NCBI RefSeq assembly: GCF_036971445.1
Contig: NC_091470.1
Location: forward strand, 63,488,001 to 63,552,000
Direction: 5' to 3'
Length of the DNA stretch: 64,000 bases
DNA from: Narcine bancroftii
Taxonomy: Eukaryota
Shown: positions 40,131 through 53,000 of the stretch, in pieces
How positions within the stretch are numbered: the stretch's first letter is position 1
Layout: every line of letters starts with the position of its first letter
The notes under the pieces: model-generated
Databases searched by the model: none
Told to the model about the DNA's origin: nothing
The model's input: only the letters and a program-made list of their open reading frames with translations
Translations under genes and position numbers: made by a program

Positions 40131-40139
40131 CTACATTTC

Positions 40140-40690
40140 CCTTCAGTACAAGAGTTCAGATATCATGTCACAGCTGGACAAGATATTGGTGAGACTTGGA
40201 ACCTTGTGTGCAGTTTTGGTCACCAAGCTACAGGAAGGATTTGATTAAACGAGAGAGTGTGAAGAAAAGCTTCACAAGGGTGTGGCTGGGACTCTGGGTC
40301 ATTAGGAGAGATTGGATAAGCTGAGCGAAAGTGGAAAATCGGTGACCTTAAAGAGGTGTATAAAATCAAGAAGGTGAATGGTCACAGTCCCTTACCCAGG
40401 GTAGGTAAGTCTAAAACTGGAGGACATAGTTTGCGGTGAAGGGGGAAAGATTTTCTGGGAACTAGAGGGGCAACTTTTTCCACACAGAAGCCAGAAGATA
40501 TGAACGACCAGAAAGTGAAACAGGCAGGTATATTTACAGCATTTGAAAGTGATTTGCACAGTTAAATGGAGAGTTAATGTTCAGAGAGATGTAGACTAAT
40601 CACAGGCAAAAGGGACCAGTTCAGGTGACAACTTCATTGATATGGATAAAATAGGCCAATACCCTGTTTCCATGCTGCACCATTCTATTA
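40140..40690 (+). mobile_element. CR1 3' fragment
   Basis: CVQFWSPSYRKD; homologous to 19980-20530. Confidence 0.8.
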
Positions 40691-41104
40691 CTCAAATTCG
40701 GGGTTACCAATATTATCTTTTGTTCAAAGGGAAACAATTCCATTGCTTTAAAAGAAGGAATATTCATTCCTCTGTCAGGAACCAGAGAGAAGAGAGATGC
40801 AGTGTGATTATTGTCTTTTTGACTTGCAGAGATATAGGATCTTCCACCAAAGAGACAACAAACAATGGGAAAACTCTCAAACAGCTGGAAAGTGCAGAAA
40901 CTCCAAAAGAAGTATCAAACCCAATCTGTGCAGATTTTGATGAGTATTTCCCTATACCTCAATTTCCCAGAATTTAACATAGCAACAGCTAAAATATTTC
41001 TGCTTAGAGCAGGTAAAGAAAAAGTCAAAGGTCATCCAGATGAAGAACAAATGATAGCACAATAGACCCCAGAAGGACGTATGCATTTGCATATCAGTTT
41101 TAAC

Positions 41105-41320
41105 ATGGAAGGCAAAAACACAAAGCTGGAGAAACTCAGCAGGTCAGACAGTGTCCTTTATATAGCAAAGGTAAAAATACATAACCGATGTTTCGGGCTG
41201 GAGTCCTTCATCAAGGTATGGGAAAATGTTGGCAGGTGTCTGAACAAATGAATAGAGGGATCATAAAGGCAGGAAGTCATGGGTGGAGAAAGGAGGGTGG
41301 GGACAGCAGTGAGATCACCC
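41105..41320 (-). mobile_element. Penelope tail with minimal hammerhead ribozyme relic (41184-41217)
   Basis: Minus strand reads acc-TTGATGA-aggactccagccc-GAAA-c-ATC-ggt. Confidence 0.75.
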
Positions 41321-41457
41321 CTCCCCCCTACTTTTCTTGCTTATTGTCCAAATCAGCAATATTCAACATAAATTAATTATGAATGAAAATTTGGAAATAA
41401 GATCATATTTTTGTGTTCTGATTTTTTTCTGTGTTAATGGTGTGTAATGTATGAAGG

Positions 41458-41752
41458 GCCTGCCACATTGACCACCGCCAGATATCGCCTCCAACTGTGC
41501 ATCTTGGCACCTCACAGTTCGGCGGGCAGCAACCTCCTTTGAAGAAGACCGCAGAGCCCACCTCACTGACAAAAGACAAAGGAGGAAAAACCCAACACCA
41601 AACCCCAACCAACCAATTTTCCCTTGGAACCACTGCAACCTGTCTCGCATCGGACTTGTCAGTCACTAACAAGCCTGCAGCAGATGTGGACATACCCCTC
41701 CATAAATCTTCATCCGCGAAGCCAAGCCAAAGAAAGAAAAGAAAGAAAGAAA
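41458..41752 (+). mobile_element. RTE LINE copy E, short 3' fragment
   Basis: Homologous to 37435-37730; (AAAG)n tail; candidate TSD gtatgaagg/gtataaagg. Confidence 0.93.
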
Positions 41753-43343
41753 GTATAAAGGACCCAGTAGTGGCATCTAACAATGTGCCTTCCAATGCCA
41801 TGGTTTTGTAAGAGTGGCAGTACTTCCTATGGGCCACACCTAACAGTAATAATGGAGAAGCTTTACCCTGTGCATTGACTACATGTATTTGTATAAATTA
41901 GTGAAATTATGCTCTCCAAGAGATGTTTGAACGTACCTACTATTGAAAGCCTTCAAAATAAAATAGGGTTTCATGTGTTAGATAACTGAGTAAATGATAA
42001 GCAAAATAACACAGGAATGATCAGCCGACGACAGATTTAAACTCTATCTTAATCCTCAATGAAAGTCCTTCCAATCACATACTTGTAGCAAGTGTGAAAA
42101 TAGTAAACTTTATTCCGTTTAAAAGATAAATACCAATAAATCCAGCAAGCGTGGAGCAGTTACTGCTAGAAAAGTTGTACAATTCACATTTTAATGGTCT
42201 ACGCATCCTGATCTGTGGGGTCTTCTGACCTTAAGTCATGATGTCATCCACAGAATTCTTTTGAGGATGGGTTGCTGAAGAAATCATGCAAAGTAGGATT
42301 GGGAAGAAAGCATGGTCATTAAGAAGATCAGAATCAAATCAAGCATTCGCCGATTTCTGCTCCTATTTATGATCATGTTCAGTGTTCTTCAAATTCTTTT
42401 AAATAATAATCATTTCTCACTATTTCTCCTTAGTTTTTTCAATTCAGTTCAAACACCATTTGTCATAGCTACTGCATGAAAAAAGGCATTTGCCCCATTC
42501 AGTCCACTTGTTAATCCCCCTATTCTTCCTCATTTATTCTATCAGCAAAACCCTCCATTCACTTACAAGCAAAAGCAAGAAGGTCTTTTGCTTTCAGACG
42601 AGAGGAAATTTCAGTGAATGTACATAACAGGAAGTTAGAATACCCCACAAGATCACTGTGAAATGCAGATACAGTATGCAGGATATTTTGACCATGGTTC
42701 TAGTGACATTTCTAGGCCCTTTTAGAATAAGATCGGTAATTTACATCAGATTGTTTTAATTTAATGCTGCAATCACATGCCATTTAGGACATTTTTTTCT
42801 GAGAGAAGAATATTAGTTTGTGACAGATTTGTTTTAAATAAAATGGCTTTTTCAAGTTATCTGTTGATAGAAACTGATGTAACAGGGTACACAATATCTT
42901 CCATTCAGTCGAGAAAAGAGCAGTTATGTGAAAGACCTGTGCCCTTAAATCTAAATCATGTTTCACCACCATTGAATAACTGAAAACAAGACTGGCCAGC
43001 TTGGTTTAAGATCCATAATGGGAATTTATTATTTCCTACAACATTCAGTGGGGAAATGAGGAAGCTAAATATCAATGTACAGCAAGCAGAAAAGGCAAAG
43101 ATATTCAGTTTCTAAGGTGAGAATTAAGTCTAAAGCTGGATATAAAGATAAAATGTTGAGCTCACCCTGCAGAGCAGGAAGTCTGATACTGAGAAAGGAA
43201 GGACTAACACTGGAAAATCTTTAGCTCAGGTTGTATCCATGGAGAAATAGTAAGTGTTTCAAGTTGATAATTTTTCATCAGAAACCTCAACTCTGTTCCT
43301 CCCAACACAAGTGTGACTAACATGCTAGTCACTTTAATGTTTT

Positions 43344-45928
43344 TTTTAAATTATTTTATTTTAAAGTTTTCATCCACAAGGCAGTCCATTACAAAATTGT
43401 AAATGTATAAATCAAATATTACTCATAAGTACATTGTGTTTAATTCCCCCACCCCCTCGCTCCTAAACACCCAATAGAAAGAGAAAATAATAGAATAGAA
43501 AGAATAAAATAGATATAGAAAATAAAGAGGATTGCTTCAGAAGTTTTTTTTTCACAACACACAAATATATATATATATATATATATTTATTTATATATAT
43601 TCCTTAAGCAGGGTCATATATATAGAAAAAATAATTTCTAAATTAATATTTAACCTTTTAAAAACAGGCTTCCAATTTACAAAGTAGTTTCAATTTAATC
43701 TCTTCATCTCCAAACATTCCTTATCAATTAATTAAATTTAATATAGATAAACTATTTCTTCTATTTATGAATATATATCAACATATTGTTCCTTTTTCTC
43801 TGTCCAAACTATCCTCCATTAATACAAATCTTACTTCTGAGTTACTCCAACTCCCGTTGAGATCCAGATATAAAGAGAAATAATAATGAATTAAACCATA
43901 CTATTGATTAATACATAATTAGTAATCAGTAAACAAGAATTCCCCCCCCCCCCCATACTGGTGCAGTTTAGGATATACAGCGCCACCCCTCTCTATTGAG
44001 CAGGATACTCTGTCTGCCACAAAAAAGTACATGATCAAAGGCTCCCAGAACTCGACACCCCTGATCTCCCAGTTATACACATCTTTCATGATGTATCAAC
44101 CTTCATAATCAAATTACATCAACCAATAAAATAAACACATCTTATTCCATCAGTTCAATTATAGGTAACGTCTCCACAAATTCTGCAGTTTACTGTAAAG
44201 AATCTGTAAAGAATTTCTTGTTGCCATCAAGTAATGAGATCTTCAACAGAGCTGGGCAATGAAGTATGAATTTGTAACCTTTTTTCCCAAAGGGTTTTCT
44301 TAATCAGATTGAACTCTCTTTTTCTGGCCAACAATTGTGTACTAATATCTGGGGAGAAGAAAATCTTTGTTCCATGATATTTAAGTGGGCCCTTTCTTAT
44401 TCTCGCTCTTTCAGATGCCAAGGCTAATTTTTTTTTTTCTTTCTCTTGATATTTTATACATTTAACCACTATAGAGCATGGCTTTTCATCTTGTTGTGGT
44501 TATGGCCTAAGGGTTCCATGTGCCCTTTCAATTTATTCACCCCCAGAACTTTAGGTATCCAACTTTGTAAAAATCAGATCATATCTTGTTTGTCTTCTCC
44601 TTCTTTCAATCCAACAATTTTAATATTATTTCTTCTGCTAAAATTTTCAACATTATTAATATTTTCCAAACATTTCTTCCTTTCAACAGATCCCACTATA
44701 ACTTTGTTCTCCAATTTTCCCATTCTCTTGTACATTTTCAACCTTTTCCACTTTTTTTTTAACCTTTTTTTCTTTCTTTGGAGAGGTAATATCCACGTCA
44801 GATACAGGCTCGTTTGTGGCTGACAAGTCCAATGCGGGACAGGCAGACACGGTTACAGCGGTTGCAAGGGAAAATTGGTTGGTTGGGGTTGGGTGTTGGG
44901 TTTTTCCTCCTTTGTCTTTTGTCAGTGAGGTGGGCTCTGCGGTCTTCTTCAAAGGAGGTTGCTGCCCTCCGAACTGTGAGGCGCCAAGATGCACGGTTTG
45001 AGGCGATATCAGCCCACTGGCGGTGGTCAATGTGGCAGGCACCAAGAGATTTCTTTAAGCAGTCCTTGTACCTCTTCTTTGGTGCACCTCTGTCTCGGTG
45101 GCCAGTGGGAAGGCGATGGTCCTCCATTCTGGAGACGTGACCTACCCAGCGCAGTTGGATCTTCAGCAGCGTGGATTCGATGCTGTCGGCCTCTGCAATC
45201 TCGAGTACTTCGATGTTGGAGATGAAGTCGCTCCAATGAATGTTGAGGATGGAGCGGAGACAACGCTGGTGGAAGCGTTCTAGGAGCCATAGGTGATGCC
45301 GGTAGAGGACCCATGATTGGGAGCCGAACAGGAGTGTGGGTATGACAATGGCTCTGTATACGCTAATCTTATGGTTTATTTTACCCACATCTTTTCCATA
45401 TCAGCTATCAACTTGATGACCTTTATATTCATACCTTTTACTTCAGACCTTAAATATACTATTTCTTTAGCCAGTCCCATCAAGGTCTTCATGTGAAGTC
45501 TCTTTAGATTTTATTCCTTGCAAAAAATTCCATTCAGATAAATCTTTCATCGAAGCAAATACTTTGTCAAATGGTCTGCGCAGTGACACCCTTCCGTCAT
45601 GTGTAATGTCATTTTCCCCCATCTTCAGGAGGGACGCATCTAAAAGCATCCCCTCCATCTCAATCTTCTGTCAGGACCTCATCACAACTCCACGTCCAGG
45701 CACCTTCTGTGATGGAGGCCTCCCTTAAAATTCTTTGGAAACACCACTAGATGATCCAACAATTACATTTTTCTTATTTGGATACACCTTAAAAGTTAAA
45801 TATATTATTCTTCTAATACTTATTCATATCTAACTTTATCTTACTTCATTTAAATATTCTTTTTTTCCTGTTTTTTTCCAGGAGGGTTGGGATCCCACGT
45901 CTTCCCAATCACATGACTTCCCCATTAT
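43344..45928 (-). mobile_element. L1-derived element with ORF1 only (HAL1-like)
   Basis: ORF1 C-terminus YHGTKIFFSPDIS..ARKREFNLIKK; A-rich tail at the left; TSD tttaatgtttt (43333-43343 / 45929-45939); no EN or RT motifs. Confidence 0.8.
44765..45370 (-). mobile_element. RTE LINE copy F inserted in L1 ORF1
   Basis: ORF 44798-45388 KISVYRAIVIPTLL...HKRAC; AAAG tail. Confidence 0.95.
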
Positions 45929-47046
45929 TTTAATGTTTTAATTTCAAAATTAATTGCATTAAAATATTTTGATCTTCTCTGAAACAAAAAGGATATACTA
46001 GACAGCACATTAGAAGATGGAGAGTGTTCATTCAATTCTGCTTATTGCTGTGATAACCTGAATGAAAAATAGTGTCGCTGAACATTTAAATAGGCAGACT
46101 ATAAAACAGTGGTGATATGATGAGCGAGCTTCAGCTATGACATTCTTTAAATGTGCACTTGGTGTTCACTTTTGAACAGTAAATTGCTGTGATCTTTGCA
46201 TCCAAAATAGTGGATGTTAATTGAACAAGAGATTGTGACCTAGAAATTACTTGCTGTGTCCAATAGTGCATGTGTGTCCAGGATTAGTTTGGTTAGGGGC
46301 CTTCAACTGATATCAATGGAATGTGACCTTCAAGTAAGCCCAGAGTTGTAGTAAAGCTGATGGTACAGTTGGGCAATGAGCCCTGGAACTAAGAAAGTAG
46401 GTTATCGTTAATGAGGTGGGCTGTTTTCTTTTTGATGGGCTTTTATTACAACTTAGCTGAGGAATATTAGACCAGTTAAATAATTAATGGAGTATTGAGA
46501 TAATGAGATGTTCCAGTCATGTGTCCCACAGAGGAACCATGAATAGCTATCAGGGCAAGATATGTGGCATCACAGGATTTGCCATCTAAATTGTGTGCTG
46601 TGGATGGGTGGGAAGACTCACTATTCCAAGAAACCTATCTGTGTAGAGTTCTTTTGTTTGGGTTTAGTAGTTGATGAAAACAGGTTTTGCCAGCATTCCA
46701 GGCTCCCTATCCTGCTGCCTACATGCATGTTCTTTGTGTCTATCACGTACCAACTCTACCCAATGTCACATTCAGAATAGCATTTGAATGGCAGCCATGA
46801 TGCTCCACAGGAATGATTACAAGTAAGAGTGCACATTCTTATAAAGACAGACTAACATCGTGAGGTTTCTTTTATTGTAATAAAGAAACGGGTTATTTTA
46901 TATTAAATCTATTTTATTAACAACTAATGACCTCATGGGACATCCATTTTGCATCTAAGCCAAGGTGGAACATATCAACTCTGACTCCCTTTAGTGGTCA
47001 GGAGAATCGCCGACTCCCAATCACCACATCCCCTTTCCATTTTTTT

Positions 47047-47330
47047 AAAAGGTGGGTGAATGTGGTGATCCCTGGTATTGCATGCATGTATATAGTATGT
47101 AGTTGCTTGTGGTTACTCTCTGCTAGCTGGTATGGAGGACTGGCGCTATAGGCTGACTAGGGGAAAGTAGCCCCCTTGCTTGCACATAAGTGTTCCTGTT
47201 CACTGCTCTCCGCTCAGATTGGGACGAACCTCATAGGTGGCTAACACTGCCATTTTCTTGATAATAAAAACCTATGTTATTTGCATAACTCCTGTCTTAT
47301 GACTGTGGTTCCTGCTGTTAATGCGATACA
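47047..47330 (+). mobile_element. PPT and 3' LTR of a second Gypsy, opposite orientation
   Basis: aaaaggtgggtgaa then TGT...ACA (47061-47330) with AATAAA; PPT resembles 4821-4833. Confidence 0.75.
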
Positions 47331-47343
47331 CCTTCTTGACTAG

Positions 47344-47706
47344 TGTTAGGTCTGCTTTGTTCATGAATGAGTGAGACAAACACCAGACTGAGTCGAAATC
47401 AGGGTTCTTTGTTCTTTATTACCGGATTGTAACACTTGCAACTAACCATGTTAGTCGGAGAATGCATTCTGCCGTTATCAGCAAAATGGTGATTTTTTAT
47501 ACCCTTGGATACGTGCTTAGAACATCATCATATCATTACTTGTCCAATGACTAAAACTGTTGCTATCCTTTCCCTGCTAGCTTCCTGCCTCTCAATCCAT
47601 CAATGTCTCTCTTATCTTGTAAGTACAAGGATGCATTCACATCTTGTTACAGCCCTGTACAGGGTAACTCCTTACACATTCCCATCTCATGATGTTTTAC
47701 CTTACA
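47344..47706 (-). repeat. Solo LTR, same family as 54303-54668
   Basis: TG..CA ends; TSD ctag/ctac; reverse complement aligns with 54303-54668. Confidence 0.92.
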
Positions 47707-48292
47707 CTACGCCTATGTTTTTGCATGCTTTATCACACAAGCAGTGAGTCATAACTTTCTGGGACTACTACAAACATAAGGTGATGCTCTTTACCTTGGT
47801 CTTTCACCTTTAGTCAATGTGTACCTTTCGTGTCAATGCGCTGTCAATGGTAGGCCTTGAACTGTACAAGATTTGAATGGTTGTGTGGCTTTTGTTCATT
47901 GTTCTCATGTTGCACTCACAGATCAAATTGACCTTTGCCTCTGTGTCCAGCATGAAAGGAATATCTGCTCCATTTGTATGCAATGACATTGTCCACTTGT
48001 CCTGCTCAACTCTGTTCACACTTGGCTGTTCAATGTCTGTTGGTTCGAAACCTCTGTGTTCCACCATGCCCATGAGGAATGCATCACTAAGTGCAGTTTC
48101 TTTTATAGTGTGTACACTTTCACCTCTGTTTTATTTCCCTTTGGAAAAAACATTGCTTTGCATGGTGATTCTGTCCTTTGCACTTGTTACAGACTTTTCC
48201 ATAGGCTGGTATTACAAACAATGAACTGGACAGTGTTTAATCCTAAAACTCTAATTTTATTTCTAACTCTTAAACTATCATTTTAACTTTTA

Positions 48293-48472
48293 NNNNNNNN
48301 NNNNNNNNNNNNNNNNNNNNNNNNNNNNNNNNNNNNNNNNNNNNNNNNNNNNNNNNNNNNNNNNNNNNNNNNNNNNNNNNNNNNNNNNNNNNNNNNNNNN
48401 NNNNNNNNNNNNNNNNNNNNNNNNNNNNNNNNNNNNNNNNNNNNNNNNNNNNNNNNNNNNNNNNNNNNNNNN
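48293..48472. other. N run
   Basis: 180 N. Confidence 1.
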
Positions 48473-49643
48473 GGCCAAAATCTTTCAAATTCAGCAATAA
48501 AGAGTAGGCCTTTGAAATTTGATGCCCATAATTAATGATGAACTGATGGGAAGACTGTAGGGTGGCTGTTACAGACTCACAAATTCTCCTCGTAATACCT
48601 TTGAAGAAATGTCCATCCATGTGAGCTGTGGTTATAACACTCCTGGACCTTTTGTAGGCAATTCTCAAACTGGGTGTCTTCCACAAAGCATCCAAGACCC
48701 TGGCACTGGTCTCTCCAAGTGTTGAAAACCTCTAGTTCTTGAAGTCTTGCCATGGTAAGTGGCAGAACAATCTTCCATGCATCTGGCTTGCTATCGAGTC
48801 CAATGGCTTGCAGATTCAGCATGAATCATTGTTTGAACAACTGCATCTTGTGGTCAAAATTCCCAGTCCAATTCACAACATCGGGCAGCTTCACGCTTTT
48901 CGTATCTCCTGCTGATACCATATGATGTTTCCTTTTATTATAATAAAGAAACATGTTCTATTGTATTAATTATATTTTATTAACAACTCAGTACCTTGTG
49001 GGACACATCCATTTTGCATCCAACCCGAGGTGGAACATATCATCTCTGACTTCCTCTAGTGGTCAGGAGGATCACTAATTCCTAATCACCACAACATTAC
49101 AAAAATAATATTTTTATTTAAATTTTTTGCCATTAGTTTATTTTAAACCATTTCCAACCCAGTACCTTTATCCTGCTGGATAATTAACACTTAGAATTAT
49201 TTGAGAGATAATATAAATCCCATAAAGTAAATTTACCATTGTTCTTGGATCTAAATACATTATAATTCAGCAAGCACTTGTCACTTTCGGAAAGGAAGAC
49301 ACTAGTGGATAAGTTAATGATCTGTGAATACTGTGTTACAAATCTCTCCTACTCTTGCTCACAGTAAGTGGAACAATAAATCATTTTGCACAAAAAATGC
49401 ATGTTACTCAGCCCTATTATCTCGCCTGTTATTTTATGTAGTCCAAAGAAAGGGTTAAATGTTTTCATTATAGGACATTTTTTTAATTAATGTTTTCCAT
49501 CTGGGGACTGAAACTGGGAATACAATGTGAAATGGCCAAGTGCCACATGACCAATAATAAACTCAAATCCTTTTTACCAATTTGTTTGCTGTACTTAATA
49601 TTCAAGACACTTAATATTCAGAGAATGGCAGACATCGATGTAA

Positions 49644-50020
49644 AGCTTCTTTTCAATGAGCACCCTGTCCCAGGAATTAACTGGGAATTAAATGGGACAG
49701 GGTCCCATGGCAAAAGAACACTGTCTGAAGGCCGCGTCAAATGACGTCATTTCACACCCGTGATTAACCACCTCTACCCCTATTCATATACCCGCCATTT
49801 GCTGACGCTGGAGTGTTGATAAAAGCAGTGGAAAAGGGACAGCAGAAAATTACCCATTTCCAGTTTATGGTAGAACACTCCGATCCCTGGGAATGAGTGT
49901 GTTCAGTGGAAAAGCAATTTGTGTCCCAGTTCAGGGTGGCCGAGTGGAAACGGCACAAAGGGCTTCCTGTTCTGGGACACTGCACAGCCAATTAACTGGG
50001 ATGCCGGTGGAAAAGTGGCT
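49644..50020. mobile_element. PIF/Harbinger-like MITE
   Basis: TAA on both flanks; imperfect TIR agcttcttttcaat / gtggaaaagtggct; repeated GTGGAAA subterminal motifs. Confidence 0.7.
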
Positions 50021-53000
50021 TAAAGTGTCCTCCACTCCTGGTTTTGCTGATCAGCATCTTTTATGAGACACATCAACACTATTCACTCTGTGGATCCTTA
50101 CTCATTATCAAAAGGTTGTCTTGGCTTCAGTGGCTCAGTCACTCATACTTCATTGAACTCTTCTGATGGTTTAAGTCACCTTCCTGATCTAATATTTTGG
50201 TACTATCATTCTTACATTCACAACAACCATAACCCAACTTCACCACCCCCCCCCCCAACCAGGGTAAATAGGGGAAATATCTGCATCATTCCTTCTTTAC
50301 TGAGCTACTTCGCCATTCCCTCAATCCATCTTTAATTAATTTTAGTCAAGGATAGTCTCAATCTTTTAAATACTAAGAATCTTCAAAGATCAAATTCTCT
50401 TAAATGAATTCCCCTCCCCAATGAACTTTAATTAAAATTAGTTGTCTGACATTTGATCTTTAACAATTATTGTTGAGGTTGAAAAGCCCATTGAATTTGT
50501 TAACTCCGTATCTGAATTTAATTAATTTTGCAAATGTTCCAGTTTATTTCATTATTTTTTGGCATTTTTATCAACTTACTTTTTTAATTTGGTATCACCA
50601 GTGTGCATTGTTTTTAAATTAATAAATGACATTTCACGTATTTTCTCGATTTTAATTTAGTTTCCAATTGTATCTACCACCTCTCTCTGTGACTTCCATT
50701 CTATTCTTTCTACTACATCTCTCTTAATTCTCTTTGTTCATCTTTTTCATTACCCAGTCCCTCATCTTCACTTCTTTCCACTGCTTCTCAAATCCTCACT
50801 CATCACCTGCTCTTTTGACTTTTCCATTATCCCAACAAAAATGCCATCACACTTTTGACAGATGGAAAGATGTGTGACAAAGTCAGTCAATGGCAATTGC
50901 TGCAAACTCTTGTAATATTAACTCAGGTATTTTCTTGTCGCAGATCCTACCCAATCTGCTGGGTATTTACAGCATTCTCTTTTATTTCAAAGTTTCAGCA
51001 ACTTATGATTTCAACATATTCAGTTGTTTCATTTCTCTCTGTAGCCTGGAAAACATTTGTCATGACTGACATTCCCTCTCTACCTTTACAACTCAAAATG
51101 CTTGTCCACTCACTTTTCCAGTTCCGACAAATGGGGCATTGGCCAGAAATGTTGCCTTCACAGAAGCTGCCTGACCTGTTGAGAGCTTCTAGCACTTTCT
51201 GATTCTATTTTTGCATCAGTAAATGGGACTAGCCAGTAATATGAATGAAGAGCTCAATGCATGGTTAAAAGCTTAGGTGGAAGCTGTAACATTTCCTGCT
51301 GCCTGGTTTTTCCCATGATTTTCAACATGCATCAACCTTGACCTGCACTCACCTGTTGTATGCATGGATGTCAGTAGGAATACTTAATTTCTTAATTCCT
51401 GGCCTTGTCCCTGTGTTGGAGCTTCACCCTTCCTTAACACCATGGATAGTTTTCATTTGACACCAAACCTCCAACCTCCTGACGTTTGTTTTCTACATTG
51501 CCTCACTGCCAAAGTCTATGCATGTCCAGAATGGTTTGCATCGAATGGTAAGTCGAACTCTCAATTTTCTGGTCATTGCTTCCCTTCTTTCTAGTAATAT
51601 CAAAGACTTCTCTTGAGATATAGAAGGAAGAATCTGACAACATAAGGAAATCTCATAAGCCTCCATCTGAGTCTTAGCAGATAAAATTATCACATAGTCA
51701 AAAGGGATGTGTGCGGTCTTGGAGTAGCTGAAGAGATTCAGAAACAGAATTTGAATTAGCCTTCAGACAGAAGGTATAATCAGAAATGGTGAGGCAGACT
51801 GTGAAGTGTTAAATCAGAGGTCAAAGTTGAAGGAAAGAATGTCACTGAACTGAAATATCTTTTTTGTGCTCTTCACAGATATTTTTCCTGCTCTGTGTTT
51901 CCAAAATTTCCTGTTCTTCCTATTAAACATATTGAAGAAAGAAATTAGTTATAAAAGTGTGGTAAGGCAGAAGAAAAAGAGGGGAATTTAGAGATTAATT
52001 TCCCATTTACTTACCCACCCAATCCAATGTTCTCATTAGACAAGATGATGGCTCATTTGTGACAATTTTATGTATGAACTATTCCATACAGCCATCAAAA
52101 TCAATAATCTATGGCTTCTAGGTTTTGTACTAATGGTTCCCCAAGCATCCTGTAAGGGTTAAAATGCAAAGTTGCAAGCAGATTCTGCCTAGACTTTGTT
52201 TACATTCTTTGAGTGTCTCCATAGAAACGTATAATTTAGCCAAGGTTTCACTCTGCGTGCTTTTAAGAAAAAACAGTCAGTTTTGATTCCCTTTGTTCTG
52301 TGTAAGATGGAGGGGCTTGAAATGGTCTGAAAATTTTTATTGACCATTTTAACTATTGTTTTAAGCATCATTTAATCATTTAATTATAACTTTAGTACCA
52401 TATAACAAAGTTGTAATAATGAAATAACCTATATAAGGTTTAATAAACTGTGGAAAACTTTGGTACAGACCTTTTTTGAATGAACCATAAACAACCATGA
52501 CATTCTAGTCTCTTCAGGCGATTATAAAGGAACATTGTTGCGGCACATCAGTTACCACTGGCAAAAGAGAGTTTCACTGCTACTGTGGATTTGCCAATGA
52601 GCAGATGTTTCCTAAAAACAAATCAGAAAATAAGTAACTCACATTTTTAGAATATGCCCTCTGAACTATTTTAGTGCCCCCAAATAGCAGAAGTTATTCC
52701 TTTCTCTCTACCCCATTAGTTTCTATGAAAATATTTAAAATTTGAATAATCTATTAACCTTCCATATTCTGGAGAATAAACCTAATTTATGTAATTGCTT
52801 CTTCTGATATAACCTTTGGAGGGGAGGTATTGCTCTGGTTAATTTACGCTACAGATTCTCTTTAGCCAACATATCTTCTCTGGTTTGGTACCAAGTCCTC
52901 TTCGTACAGTTCTGCCATATTTTATTTAACTTCATCCCTTCATACTTTAGTCCTCAAGATATAAAGGCCACCATTTTATTTGCTTTCTAACTTATTTTCT

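Larger units (their letters stand above)
46859..49093 (-). mobile_element. Gypsy element with both LTRs (46859-47028, 48921-49093); most of pol deleted
   Basis: Direct ~170-bp repeats; TSD ACAT; PBS tggtatcagcagg; gag FKQxFMLNLQAIGL..EVFNT; protease FMLDTEA; PPT at 47029-47038. Confidence 0.92.

Noticed and set aside
40828-41011. Possible coding exon between ttgcag and ag/gtaaag
   Set aside because: All three frames contain stops and no protein is recognisable.
12099-48695. ORFs spanning N runs
   Set aside because: Artefacts of translating through unknown bases.
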